From assembly GCA_040182905.1 (NCBI GenBank), contig JARQWU010000032.1, positions 1 through 62,323 of the forward strand: a stretch of DNA of 62,323 nucleotides, read 5' to 3'. Of this stretch, positions 31,390 to 43,400 are shown piece after piece. The translations under genes were made by a program, and so were the position numbers. This DNA comes from Barthelona sp. PAP020. Taxonomy: Eukaryota. The first letter of the stretch is position 1, and each line of letters opens with the position of its first letter. Below the pieces are notes generated by a model that worked only from the letters and a program-made list of their open reading frames with translations, was not told the DNA's origin and searched no databases.

Positions 31390-31768
31390 ATCAAATGATA
31401 ATGTGTGTTTTTCTTTTGTTTTCCAACAAAGATGCTTTAAAAGTTAATATATCCTAAGTTTGATCTGAAGAAAAAAAAGGATCAAAAACGTTTCCAACTA
31501 AAAAAAATCTAAAGACCACATAAAAAACCTATTCTTCTACATTTACTTTTCAATAAGCCATTAATAATAAACAAAAGCAAAAAAAAAAAAGAAGATGCTT
31601 AACTTTTTTGAGGTGGTATTTCAAAAGGTTTGTAAAAAATGCACATTTTTTTTGTATTTAATAAACACTTGAACATTTAATAGGTCCCAAACAACAAAAA
31701 GTGGGAGTCACAAAAAAAATAATTTATCCTCACAATTTATCAATTTTTCACTGGTTTTCAACAATTTT

Positions 31769-31849
31769 AAAAATAGATTTCACAATTTTATCAATCCTAT
31801 CACTTGAAGAATTGTCGATTCATTTATTTGAACATGTCCTTCAAAATGA
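31769..31849 (+). repeat. Degenerate dispersed repeat, fragment E
   Basis: aaaaatagatttcacaa...acatgtccttcaaaat matches copy A 1337-1417 (aaaaatggatttcacaa...acattttcctttcaaaat). Confidence 0.45.
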
Positions 31850-31951
31850 TTTCAAGAATTATTTCCTATTTCTTGTTTAATTATCTTAGTAAATCAAAAA
31901 GAGAAACAAATAAAACTAAATATTTTTACAATCAAATACATTTGTAACAAC

Positions 31952-33109
31952 TTATGGTCCAAACACTGGATGTGACAAACATTGATCAATTGACCATCTA
32001 TCATTTGGAGACCAAGTTATCATGTGTGACAAAAGGTCTCTCATATTTTCATCAACAATTTCACTTAGATTTGATTGTTTATCTAATTTCATCACAATTT
32101 CATCAACTTTTTCTTTTGTGGAATATCTTTCTCTGGAACAAGAAGGATCTCTTGGGCGATTTGGTCTGGTCGGTGATCTAAGACCGATTTGTGGTGGCCA
32201 AATGACTTTTTGATCAGAAAGACAAAAATAACGAGTTTTCAAAGATTCTGGTATGTTGTCAAACAATGTTTGAGGAATAGGTCCCATTAATTTCTCAAAC
32301 ATTCGTAATTGTAAGTGATTTGAATGACTACAGAACAATATTTTCGAAGTGTATAACTCAAAGATAATGCAACCTAAGGAAAAAACATCAACTTTTTCAT
32401 TATAGCCCCTTTGATCTTGTAAAATAACTTCTGGAGCACGATATTGTCTTGTGGTAATGATTGTAGAACGTCTTATTGATGCATCAACTGCATTACCAAA
32501 ATCAATTAACATAGTTTCCATATTCTTTGGATATAACGCTCCATTTCTTAAAATGAAAGATCTTTCCTTGAGCAAAATATTATCTGGTTTTAAATCTGTG
32601 TGTAATATTCCCTTTTTATGCAAAAAAGATAAGGCTTTCATTATGTTCCTGGAAATTGCTAAAATATTGTGAGAATTTAATTCAAAACAAATATCTGCAA
32701 ATGAAGGTCCATATTTTGGAAAAACCATAACTAAATGCTCAAACCATTCAAAAGAATCCAATAATGTCAACAAACCATGTTCATCACCATGTAATTTTTT
32801 CAAATTTTTTAAAACTTTAACTTCAAGTTTAGATGACTCAATATATCTATCCACTTTTCTTATGATTTTCAAGGCAACATAATTTAAACTTTTCAAATCA
32901 TAACATTCAATCACACTGCAAAATGTTCCATAATTTAACAATTTAACAGATCGATATCTTCTGGCTATAATTTCATTTGGTTGAAAAATATAAAATCCTT
33001 TGGAATCTTCTTTTTTTTCATTTGTATTTAAAGGACTAAGAGTTGAGGTTCGTTTTAAAAATGGTTTTTGATCTCCAGATGGTTGTGAACGTGTTCGATC
33101 ATCATTCAT
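31952..33109 (-). CDS. CLK/LAMMER-family (CMGC) protein kinase
   Basis: VALKIIR, HTDLKPDNIL, DFG and TTRQYRAPEVIL motifs, and a LAMMER-equivalent HLQLRMFEKLMGPIP. Confidence 0.88.
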   Translation of the reverse strand: MNDDRTRSQPSGDQKPFLKRTSTLSPLNTNEKKEDSKGFYIFQPNEIIARRYRSVKLLNYGTFCSVIECYDLKSLNYVALKIIRKVDRYIESSKLEVKVLKNLKKLHGDEHGLLTLLDSFEWFEHLVMVFPKYGPSFADICFELNSHNILAISRNIMKALSFLHKKGILHTDLKPDNILLKERSFILRNGALYPKNMETMLIDFGNAVDASIRRSTIITTRQYRAPEVILQDQRGYNEKVDVFSLGCIIFELYTSKILFCSHSNHLQLRMFEKLMGPIPQTLFDNIPESLKTRYFCLSDQKVIWPPQIGLRSPTRPNRPRDPSCSRERYSTKEKVDEIVMKLDKQSNLSEIVDENMRDLLSHMITWSPNDRWSIDQCLSHPVFGP

Positions 33110-33376
33110 ATTATTCGTTATACGAATATGAATTCAAAATAATAAAAATTGAATAAAAAAAAATTATGAAAGTCAGATCACAAAAAAACATATTTCTTTT
33201 TATCAAAAATAAATTATCAGTTTAAATATATGTTGTGCTTTAACCTTTTTAAATTTTAACTGAACTGTCATTCAAAAAAAAAAAAGCAGGTTCTTTCTCA
33301 CATCACACAAATTTTTCACTTTTTTTAATATTTTTGAAGAAGAAATACAAATGAATGATTTTTTTGCACCTTTCTG

Positions 33377-33688
33377 ATGACATTGAATTTTATTATGACA
33401 TACAAACACATTAAAAAGTTAACGAATAATCAGGACGTATCAAATAATTCAAATAATGTAAATGAACGACAAGAACAAAAGATAAAATATAATGTCGATG
33501 AAAAAATTCTCAAGGGGCTAATTAGCAATTCCAAAAGAATTTTGGACAATTTAAATGAAAAAATTGAAAAAAATGTAATTGAATTAAATCGTTTACAAAA
33601 TATAATAAGGACAGAAGAATGTAAAAAAATTGAAAAGTCCAGAATTGATAAAACTTTGATAAACCACATTAAACATTATACAGTATGA
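33377..33688 (+). CDS. Small coiled-coil hypothetical protein
   Basis: 103-aa ATG-initiated ORF with a heptad-like segment; no family recognised. Confidence 0.4.
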   Translation: MTLNFIMTYKHIKKLTNNQDVSNNSNNVNERQEQKIKYNVDEKILKGLISNSKRILDNLNEKIEKNVIELNRLQNIIRTEECKKIEKSRIDKTLINHIKHYTV

Positions 33689-33904
33689 TGAAAATCAAAT
33701 GTAATATGGAAGTTATTTGTGTTGAACACTAATTTAAATGTGTAAAATCATTTTGAAGCTTTTTTTACTAAAAAATTTTTTTTTGAGGTGGATATTTACA
33801 CAATTGAATTGAGATGTAGTTTAAAACTTTATTTTTTTTTTCCTTAAATTTTATGGGCTTTTGTAAACATTAGAGATGATTTCTTTTTTTTTTTTTGTAA
33901 AATG

Positions 33905-34369
33905 TTGGTCCAGTTGTGGAACAACTTAAGAAAACTCGTTTCCCTAAATCTTGGATACAGTAAATGTTGCTACAATTGAACCTTGTTCATCAGTTTTTGA
34001 AAAAGTTTTTCATTCTTTTTTTTTGCCCTATTAACAAAAGTAAAACTTTAAAGTTTTATTCCAAAGTTTTTCAAAGGATCATTTGGGCCTGGCAAGCTTT
34101 TAAAAAATAAACACTATTATTTTTTATTAGATATTTATGAGGTATGAGTTGTTCAGTGAACAACGAAACGAGTTAGCTTAAGGTTTGGGGAAAACTCACG
34201 TGGATTCAGATGCCCAAGTAACTTAAAAAATTGGACCTAAAGATGGTCAAGAAACAACAAATAAAGGAAGTGATATTTGATGACCTCTTTATACCTCCAA
34301 TAAATACAGTTCATTGAGCATGAACTTCCACATTATTCACTCATACGCACAATGCTTTTTGGCTTGGAA
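33905..34369 (+). repeat. Degenerate dispersed repeat, copy C
   Basis: ggtccagttgtg, caaaagtaaaactttaaagttt, aaagtttttcaaaggatcatttgggcct, ataaacacta and ttattcactcatacgcacaatgctttttggcttggaa are collinear with copy A (ttattcacacatacgcacagtgcttcttggcttagaa). Confidence 0.75.
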
Positions 34370-34752
34370 TGAGAATAGTTGGAATATTTTTATTTATTTA
34401 TTTTTTTAATTTTTTTAATTTCTTTCTTTTGAATTCAACGGGATTTGGGAAAAATCTATTTGCAGATGAAGAAATAATATAAATATGAGTGAATAATAAT
34501 ATCTTTCATTAATCAATACTTTCGAAACCCAATCAATCTGTTAGAACTTTTTTTATCTTTAAAAATTTTCAAATTTTACCTAAACGCAAAAATGGAAACA
34601 AGAAATTCTTTCTCAAAATTTGATATTTAGCTGTTAAATTTTAATTTTGGTCACTCAATTCCCATTTTCTGAAATTTGCTTGGATGAGTTTTCTGCGTCC
34701 TAAAACTTTTCAAGAAAAACATATATAAATATTTATTTTTAAAATTTACAAA

Positions 34753-35397
34753 TTAACGAACTCTAAAAGGTTGAGCTTCACGGTTCAGACATTTTTCAGA
34801 AGCTTTTCCGTAAGTTTTTCCAAATTGATCATTCATGCCTTTAACAAACCCTGTATAACCGGGAACCAATTTGTCAGAGTTTTCAATTTGTTCATTGCAA
34901 ACGTTGTGATTATGGTAGTCCTCATTATTGTGAACAGATGTGGGAGCAGATTCTTTTGCGATTTTTGCATGTGTTTTTCCAAACATTGCATCAACACCAG
35001 GAATATACCCTTGATAACCGGGAACTCCCTTAGAATCAACCACAAAAACTTCTGAATCCTGAACAGTGGATGGAACATCACGAACAGGACGATGTACAGG
35101 TTTTCTAGGATTTAATGTAAGATCTAATTGAGTTTCATGTGATTTGTCTACAAGTTTACCAAAAGAATCCCCAACTTCATTTCGAATATGTGGTAAATGT
35201 CCACCATATCCTGGAACTGCTGCATGCTCTGTTTCAGGAAATGAGCTAGCGGTTGAAGATGTTGGATATTCATGATTCACATCCAATTGGGGTTTCAAAA
35301 CTTTTGTGGTTGCTGTTCCGTATGAAGTTCCCAAAAAAGCATCGTCCATTTTTGGTACAAAACCAGTATAACCAATAACGGGTTCACGAGGTTCCAT
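34753..35397 (-). CDS. FAM166/CIMIP2-like PGYxG-repeat ciliary microtubule inner protein
   Basis: Four repeats: IGYTGFVP...GTSYG, PGYGGHLP...GDSFG, PGYQGYIP...GKTH and PGYTGFVKG...GKTYG. Confidence 0.7.
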   Translation of the reverse strand: MEPREPVIGYTGFVPKMDDAFLGTSYGTATTKVLKPQLDVNHEYPTSSTASSFPETEHAAVPGYGGHLPHIRNEVGDSFGKLVDKSHETQLDLTLNPRKPVHRPVRDVPSTVQDSEVFVVDSKGVPGYQGYIPGVDAMFGKTHAKIAKESAPTSVHNNEDYHNHNVCNEQIENSDKLVPGYTGFVKGMNDQFGKTYGKASEKCLNREAQPFRVR

Positions 35398-35712
35398 ATT
35401 TTTTGAAAAAGAAATTTTGAAATTGAAATTGAATTTTTTTTTATCAGTTCTTTATTTCTTTTTATAGGAACTAAAATGTGTGATTGATGTATTTTATGTG
35501 AATTAATATGTGATAAGTTTGAAGTTTAGACATCAAAATTTTCCATTTCTATTGGATTGCTTTATTTTACGATTTTATTGTTTCAATAGACCTTCAATTT
35601 GATAATAAAAACAATTATAAAAACATCATCATAACTTCGCATTTTCCATATTAATGTACCTACACTTGGGTAATGACTTGGTTTTCGTTTAATTTATTGT
35701 TAATTTATTGTT

Positions 35713-36297
35713 ATGAGTACATTGTCTAATCATTTATCATTATTTAATATTGAATATAATGTCGATATTGAATTATCTCTGGGCCAAAAAATTTTTATTG
35801 AAGATATCATCACGAATTGTTCATATCCTCCCACCCAAAGTACCTATTTGCAACAGCAAAAGATTGTTTCAATTATTAATTGGGTAATAATGATATCAAG
35901 TCGAATGGATGTTCATGATTCAACTCTATTGACTGCATTAATATTGTTAAAACGTATATGTAATCAACATGAACTCAAACTAAATTATTTAAATGTGTTT
36001 CAATTGAGTTTGACGTCGATTTTAGTCTCTTCCAAACTTTTGGAGGATATCAATTTTCTAAACAGAGAATGGGTTTATTGTTGTGAAAATAGATTTGATC
36101 TTCAAACTATTAATCAAATGGAAAATGAATTTTTGGATTTATTGAATTTTAACCTGATTGTTAAGCCCATTGAAATCAGCAATTTAATTGAAAATAGATT
36201 ATATGGAGGTTCTGATACTCAATATTGTTGTTTTAATGATTGCAACGAGCGTTGTTTAAAATGTGAACCTGTTTTAACAGATGCAACCTTATGTTGA
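35713..36297 (+). CDS. Pho80/PCL-type (cyclin P/U-like) cyclin
   Basis: STLLTALILLKRI, NVFQLSLTSILVSSKLLEDINFLNREW and INQMENEFLDLLNFNL match the Pho80-like cyclin box. Confidence 0.85.
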   Translation: MSTLSNHLSLFNIEYNVDIELSLGQKIFIEDIITNCSYPPTQSTYLQQQKIVSIINWVIMISSRMDVHDSTLLTALILLKRICNQHELKLNYLNVFQLSLTSILVSSKLLEDINFLNREWVYCCENRFDLQTINQMENEFLDLLNFNLIVKPIEISNLIENRLYGGSDTQYCCFNDCNERCLKCEPVLTDATLC

Positions 36298-36803
36298 CAA
36301 GTTGATTTTTTCAATTTCTTTCTTTTGTTCAAGATCATTTTTATTAGATTTTCACATTTCAAATTAATGTTCAAGTCTGAAATGTTTGCGTTTTGATTTT
36401 TTCAACAGCTTTTTTAGTTTATAAAATTTATTATTTTGTTTCTTCAAGAATTTCGTTTGGTTTGATTAAAATTCCATGAAAAACCAAAAATTGAGAAAAA
36501 GATTGAATCGCACAATGATATGAAGGTCACTGTAAATCTCTTTCTTCAACTTCTTGAACAAAAATGAAGCCAAAACAAAAATTCGAGGCATTTATAAGTT
36601 TAGAAGAGTATTTTACGGAAAACACTAAGGAAAAAAAAAAGTAAATTGAGTTGACAGATTTTATTGCGACAACACATGACGATTTTGGGAAAAACTTCAT
36701 CAATTTACCGTTTGCAAACAAGTAAACATGGAAGCAATACGAAAAAATCAATGAAAGTTGATGGTTAAAATGAAAACATGGTTTAAAAGCAATTTTTCTT
36801 TTG

Positions 36804-37847
36804 TTAAAATAACAATTTGTATTCCAACAGCGAAATTAATTCCTGAATTAGCTTTGGCTCTGATTCTTTGTTAAGATTGCCAAAATGAAAAACAAATAAA
36901 ATTGTTGATTTTAAAGTTGATTCAGCAATCGTATTTTCCATGCTTGAATGAATCTCTAAATGAAATATTTCATTAAAAAACACATGATTTATATCAAAAT
37001 TTTCAACTTTTGTTGAATATGCAACATTAAAACTGTAATGTTCAACAAAATCAACTTCCAATATATCATCAACTTCCAAACCAAAACATAAATAATTATA
37101 GAAATGTCTGAAAGCTTCCAATACAACAATTTTGTTCGATAATGGAACACCTAAATCTCTAAAAAAAAACAATTCAAACCCTTTCAACAAAGAGTAAAGT
37201 AAAGTGGAATAATTATTAAATTTTCTTTTCATTATTCTGTTTAAAAAAATTATGGAAAAGAAAGAATTATTTAAAGAATTAAATAAAAAAGTTCCTTTCT
37301 TTGAAACGTTTGAATATAATAATATTTGATTGTTCATAAATTGAGTTTGATACATATCCTTGCTTAAATTCTGTCCTATACTCGCCTTAAAATATTTTGA
37401 AATCAACTTCATAAAATTGGTTTTGTTATTGTAGAAACAATTTAAAGAACTGATACAAAAATTTCCTTCATCATAAATACCCATAATTAATTCAAAAATT
37501 ATCTTTATAACATTATCAATTGACTGACTGTGAAAAAATAGTAAAAATAAATTAGAATTATAAAATTGTAACGCATCATTACGAATAAAATGTTCATTCG
37601 ATACACACTCAATTGTTTCATAAGTTATTTCATTAATTAAAGGATATTTAGGTATGTATAAAAAATTCATTTCATCCATTTTAAGATTTATTCTATAATC
37701 AATTAAAGCAACTTTATTATCAATTATTATTAGATGAAAAGGCATTGTAATTTCGTTACAATTACATCGATAATATTCAAAATATCTTTTAATCTTTTCA
37801 TCAACCAATTTTTCATCAATTTCTGTTAGATTTGTAATCTTCCACAT
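36804..37847 (-). CDS. Hypothetical protein
   Basis: 347-aa ATG-initiated ORF, Phe/Asn/Ile-rich; no family recognised. Confidence 0.55.
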   Translation of the reverse strand: MWKITNLTEIDEKLVDEKIKRYFEYYRCNCNEITMPFHLIIIDNKVALIDYRINLKMDEMNFLYIPKYPLINEITYETIECVSNEHFIRNDALQFYNSNLFLLFFHSQSIDNVIKIIFELIMGIYDEGNFCISSLNCFYNNKTNFMKLISKYFKASIGQNLSKDMYQTQFMNNQILLYSNVSKKGTFLFNSLNNSFFSIIFLNRIMKRKFNNYSTLLYSLLKGFELFFFRDLGVPLSNKIVVLEAFRHFYNYLCFGLEVDDILEVDFVEHYSFNVAYSTKVENFDINHVFFNEIFHLEIHSSMENTIAESTLKSTILFVFHFGNLNKESEPKLIQELISLLEYKLLF

Positions 37848-38020
37848 CCAAATATATACAAATTAATATTACTGATTATATTTAAAAATCATAACACAAA
37901 TAAATTCATATTTCAATAAATAATAAATTTTCTTTTTAAATTCTCAATATAAATCCTCAATTGATTTATCATCAATGATAAAAAATAATAAACTAAAAAA
38001 CACATTTATTAAATAAATTG

Positions 38021-40090
38021 CTAATCAAGTCTTTCAAGAACAATAAGACATCTTGAAGGAATATACACTTTCAAAGATTGATTTTGTCCCATATAATTGT
38101 CAACTTCTGTGAAAAATTCACCTCCAAGTTTAATACGATCATGCCCACCATCTTCAATTTCATCAGAATGGAAAACGATTGTATATTTTCCAGCAAAACG
38201 TACTGGGATTTTATGATCAACAAATGAACTTGAAGGATGAAAATTGAAAATAAACAACAAATTCTTTTTGTCAAAAGAAATCAATTTTTGTTCATTATGT
38301 GTTAAAACAACATAAGCAGGAATATCAGCTTCTAATAATCTATATTTTGCATCCAAATGCATTAATTTTCTATCAAAATGTAAAATATGTTGATATCTTA
38401 ACAAGCCATCTGATTTTAATCCCCACTGTCTGCGACAGTAATGATGAGACCATCCATTGGCTGGAGTAGGGAAATCAATCCATTCAGGATGCCCAAATTC
38501 ATTACCCATGAAATTTAAATATGATTTACCACCTAAAAACATTGTCAAGGACCTGATCAATTTCAACAAAGAAATACCACGTTCGACAATTGGGGAAGGT
38601 GCTTGTAAAATGGACATTCCACTATACATCTCTTTATCCATTAACCAGAACGCCAGAGTTTTATCCCCAACCAATGCTTGATCGTGACTTTCAGCATAAG
38701 CAATCACAGCTTCATCAGACCTGGTATTTTGTAAAGTGTAAGTTAAGTGTCCCATATCCCAATCTTCATCTTTAAGTTTCATATATTTAATCCAAGTGTC
38801 AGGCAAAGCCATAGCCAAACGATAATCAAAACCAACACCACCATCTTGAACACTTCTACCCATTCCTGGCATTCCAGAAACATCTTCAGCAATAGTAATT
38901 GCAGTACGAGGAATTTCGTTGCCAACAGTTGGTAAGGTAATGACATTATGAACCAAATGATTCATCAATCTTAAATAGGCCAAGCCATCATAATCAACAG
39001 CACTATTTTCTCCAAAGTACTCATGATATGCTCCTGTAAATCCAACACCAACACCATGATGATGATATAACAAAGAAGTAACAGCATCAAATCTGAACCC
39101 ATCAAAATGGAAGACATCTAACCAATAACGAGTGTTGCTCAACAAGAATTTCTCCGTTTCATAATTTCCAAAATCAAACAATCTGGAATTCCATTCAGAA
39201 TGTAGTCCTCTTCCAGACTCAGTGCTGTGGAAATAACAATCAGATCTTCCATTGTACATATTTAAACCATCAAAACTATTGGATGAAGCATGTGAATGAC
39301 AAATATCCATAATGACAATGACTCCCAATCCATGTGCTTTGTCGATAAGATATTTCAAATCTTCAGGATTTCCAGATCTGCAAGCAGGTGCAAAAAATGA
39401 AGTAACTTGATAACCAAAAGAGGCATAATAGGAATGTTCTTGAATAGCCATTAATTGAACACAATTATAACCAGTATCAGCAATATGAGGCAATACGTTA
39501 TCAGCAAATTCGCGATAACTCCCAATATGACCATCTTCAGTTGCCATACCAACATGAGCTTCATAAATACGCAAAGATTTTAGTGTTTCTGGATCAGGTC
39601 TTGAATTTTGAAAGACAAAAGGTTGTGGTGGGGCCCAAAATAATCCATCAATATGTTTAGCACTGGGTAATTGTACAGTAGCATTAATATAAGCTGGAAT
39701 TCTGGTGAAGGTTTCATTTTCAGTGGTAATTGACAAACGTACAGCAGAATTATGAGGAATAACCATATTTCCTTGATCATCATTGGGCAAAAACAACTCC
39801 CAGACACCAAATTCCATGGGAACCAACTTATGTTGATTATTGTTCCAATTGTTAAATTCTCCAACAATAGAAACTGACTTGGCATAGGGAACATATTCAC
39901 GAATTTGAATTCCATTGTCAGTTCGATAAACTCCCATTTTTTCATATGAACGTGAAAACTCGTCAATGTTTTTTCCATGTTCATTGATTTGACTTAGCTT
40001 ATATTCAAAGTGTAAATTACGGTTTTTGATGATTTGTTCAAAGGGTTTTAAATATTGATCATCTTCAACAAATTTGTATGTAAAAATCAT
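38021..40090 (-). CDS. GBE1: 1,4-alpha-glucan (glycogen) branching enzyme, GH13_8
   Basis: LRIYEAHVGM, QLMAIQEHSYYASFGYQVT, FDGFRFDAVTS, IAEDVSGMP, YAESHDQALVGDKT and NFMGNEFGHPEWIDFP motifs. The first ATG is at 40090. Confidence 0.95.
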   Translation of the reverse strand: MIFTYKFVEDDQYLKPFEQIIKNRNLHFEYKLSQINEHGKNIDEFSRSYEKMGVYRTDNGIQIREYVPYAKSVSIVGEFNNWNNNQHKLVPMEFGVWELFLPNDDQGNMVIPHNSAVRLSITTENETFTRIPAYINATVQLPSAKHIDGLFWAPPQPFVFQNSRPDPETLKSLRIYEAHVGMATEDGHIGSYREFADNVLPHIADTGYNCVQLMAIQEHSYYASFGYQVTSFFAPACRSGNPEDLKYLIDKAHGLGVIVIMDICHSHASSNSFDGLNMYNGRSDCYFHSTESGRGLHSEWNSRLFDFGNYETEKFLLSNTRYWLDVFHFDGFRFDAVTSLLYHHHGVGVGFTGAYHEYFGENSAVDYDGLAYLRLMNHLVHNVITLPTVGNEIPRTAITIAEDVSGMPGMGRSVQDGGVGFDYRLAMALPDTWIKYMKLKDEDWDMGHLTYTLQNTRSDEAVIAYAESHDQALVGDKTLAFWLMDKEMYSGMSILQAPSPIVERGISLLKLIRSLTMFLGGKSYLNFMGNEFGHPEWIDFPTPANGWSHHYCRRQWGLKSDGLLRYQHILHFDRKLMHLDAKYRLLEADIPAYVVLTHNEQKLISFDKKNLLFIFNFHPSSSFVDHKIPVRFAGKYTIVFHSDEIEDGGHDRIKLGGEFFTEVDNYMGQNQSLKVYIPSRCLIVLERLD

Positions 40091-40436
40091 ATTAACAATA
40101 AAAATAATTAAAGGAAAAATGGACAAAGGGAGAAAAGGGGTGTTGAATAAGATTTTTTTTGATTGCAGGATTTGAAATTGAGATCATGATTTAAATATGT
40201 TGTTTTCTTTTTTATAATTACTTGTCAAATTCCCATTTGAATAGGTTTTGTTTTGGAAGACAAACAGAAAACAACAATATTATTTAATTTCTTTTTTATG
40301 AAAATTGTACTTCCTTAAGACAATTTTAATAAAACACTAACACAATTGTATATTAAAAAAAAACTAATAATATGAGAATAACCATTTACAAACACCTTCA
40401 TAATAAAAGCTTTCTATTTTTTAAAGAAACGGATCA

Positions 40437-43400
40437 TTATGAATGATTTTCACTATAATCAATTAATTGTGAAATATCTTCTTGAAATTCACCCGCTAAA
40501 CCTTGAATAGTTCTTTGAAGTTGAACATTTTCATTTTGAATTGTTGTCAAAGAGTTCTTCATTTCTTTGGTATTGTTAAAAAGTTCTTGTTTAAGTTCTT
40601 CTTTCAATTCTATTTCAAGCTCTTCTCTTAATTCTTCTTTTAATTGTTTTCTAACAGCCAAAGTTAATTCATCCTTTAATTGTTCAATTAACTCCATTTT
40701 GACCTCATTTTTGATCTTTTTCATATTAGAAATTAGATATTCACTCATTTCTAATCTCAATTCTTGTTTTGTTTTAGTTTCTAATTCTTTCTCTAGTTTA
40801 TCACTAATGATTGAAATCACTTCATTTTTCATTTCATGTTTGCATTGTCTTTCCCATTTTTCCAGTTCAAATTTCAATTCACTTTTGTTTTCTTCAATTA
40901 ATTCTGCCTTTATTTTCTCTTGTGATAAAGATACTTTATCATTCACAATATTAAATTCAGTATTAACATCAGCTTTTAATGTCTCAATCAACATCTTAGT
41001 TGCATCAAACTCTAACAATAAATCTTGTTTTAATTTGTTTGTTTTCAATAAAATTTCTTGACTTGTCTTATTTTGAAGAGAAATTTCAAAATGTTCTTCT
41101 TGCTTTTTCATTCTCTCTAAATTCTCTTGAAATTTAATCTTTTCTTCTTCTTCTAAATTTTTCAAAATCTTTGTACTGCTATTATCAAAATTATTAGTTA
41201 ATATTTCCAACTTTTCAAAAGATTCTTGAAGTTTTATCATATCCAAATTCAATTCATTTTGAATTTCTTTCTTCAAATCATTCTTCAATGAACTATCAAT
41301 TGAATTTTGTAAATTTTCCATGCTAGCATTAAGAATTTCAAGCTTATCTGTGTTTAATTGAATTTGAATTAATTCTTTGTTAATGTTTTGATTATTCTGA
41401 GCATCAATAGTGTCTTTAAAAGTTTTTAATTTTTGTTCAATCTTTTGTTCAATTCCCAAACCAGTCAAATACCCTTGCTGTTGTACAAATTTCTTTGCAC
41501 TACTAACAGCATCATCAGGAACATTATCAATGACATTATTTATCAGTTGTTTGATATTTTTGATTTCCTCATCTAAACTGGTAGCCATGACCATAACAGA
41601 AACATTTTTACTGTGACTTTCTTTGAAATCACCCTCTAATTTTTCTAATTTCCAAATAAAATCTTGGAAATTTTCTAAAACTTCCAATTTTGTTTCATTA
41701 TGAGCAAATAGCTTTTGAATCTTGCTATCGGTATCATTTTGTAATTTATTTATCCTCAATTTCTGTCTTTCGATGACACTACTGAAATTGTTAATTTCTT
41801 GTGACACCTTTGAATTTTCTTCATTTATAGTTCTAATTTCGTTCTGTGCTGCAGAACTAGCTTCATTTAATGATTCAATCAAACTTTGATTAAACTCAAT
41901 CTTATTAGCCAGATTAATTTGCTCATTAGTTAGTTTAGAAAACTCATTTTCATAATTTTCAAAAGTTTCTCCCAAATTATTATTAAACACACCTAAATTT
42001 CGTAAATCTTCAAAAGCTTTATTTGTCTTTACGTTAACTTTTGATATCTTTGAGTCTAAATCATCCACAACAGTATCAAAATTGTCTATCTGTTCATTTA
42101 AATAAATTCTTTCTTGTTTTTCATTTACTAATTCATTCATCATGATTTCTAACTGTTTGCTTTCTTCCAAATAATTATTTTTTAAAGTTTCAACCTCTTT
42201 TTTAAGTGATTTCTCATCAACTTCACAATCATTTATTCTTTCACGTAAATCTTTAACACCTATCGCAAAGACATTTTGAGATTCAGTCAATATTTGTAAT
42301 TTTTCATTACATTTTTCAATATTTGTATCGTTTTTGTTCAAACTCTCATCAACTATTTCTTGAAAGCTTTGCAAATCATCCAATTTTGTCCAAATATCAT
42401 TAAACTGTTCATCATTATTGTTACGTTGTTGTTCAATTTCATCCTTTATATCAACTAAAGTGTTACTATGTTTGGTAATAATGTTTTGAGCTTCAGTAAA
42501 GCTATCAAATAAATCCTCACCCTTATTCTTATTAACTTCAACACTCTGATTTACTTCCTTCAATCCTTCAACCATTACCGCTTTGTATTCATGTAATCTT
42601 CCATTTAAATCTTCACATAATTTAGATAAAGAGTCAATTCTAGTTTCTTTTATGAAAGAAAAATTTTTATCCATCTTTTCAAGATCATCTTTCAAGACCA
42701 TTTGTTTTTCACTCAATTGTTCAATTTTATTCTTTATACGTTCTTGACTTTGTTCAAATATAGTTTTAAAGTCTCCATATCCAACAATAAACTCATTGAT
42801 GTTGTTTTCTAAAGGATCAACTTTTGAAGTAATCATAGTGTTAAAATCAATTCTTAACTCATTTAAACCATCATTAATATTTGTAGTTATTTTGCTTTCC
42901 GTTTCTTTCATTAAAGTTTCATTTGTATCCTTGATTTCTTCAAAATTATCTTGAATCTCATTCATTTGAGTTCCAATTTGTTCCAATGAATTGTCAATCT
43001 CACTCTTCATTTCATTTACAATTGAGTTGGTCTCATTTTTAATGTTTTTCATAGAATCACTTATTTTTGAATCAAATTCATCAACAATTGATTTTTTTTG
43101 ACTTTCTATTTGCGCAAATGAATCATTAATCCTATCATTTAATTCATTGGTAACAGTTTCAACACTTTTAAGAGAAACATTAACTTTTGCATCAAAATCA
43201 TCAACCAATGATTTGGTTTGTTCAACGGAATTATCAATTTTACAATTCATTTCTTCAATAAAAGATTTTCCTTGAATTTTGACTTGTTCAATCGATTTGT
43301 TCATTTCTGCTTTCAATTCATCCACAATATCCTTTGTTTGAGTTTCAATTTGTTCAAATGATTTATTCATCTTTGTATCAAATTCACCAACAATAACTTT

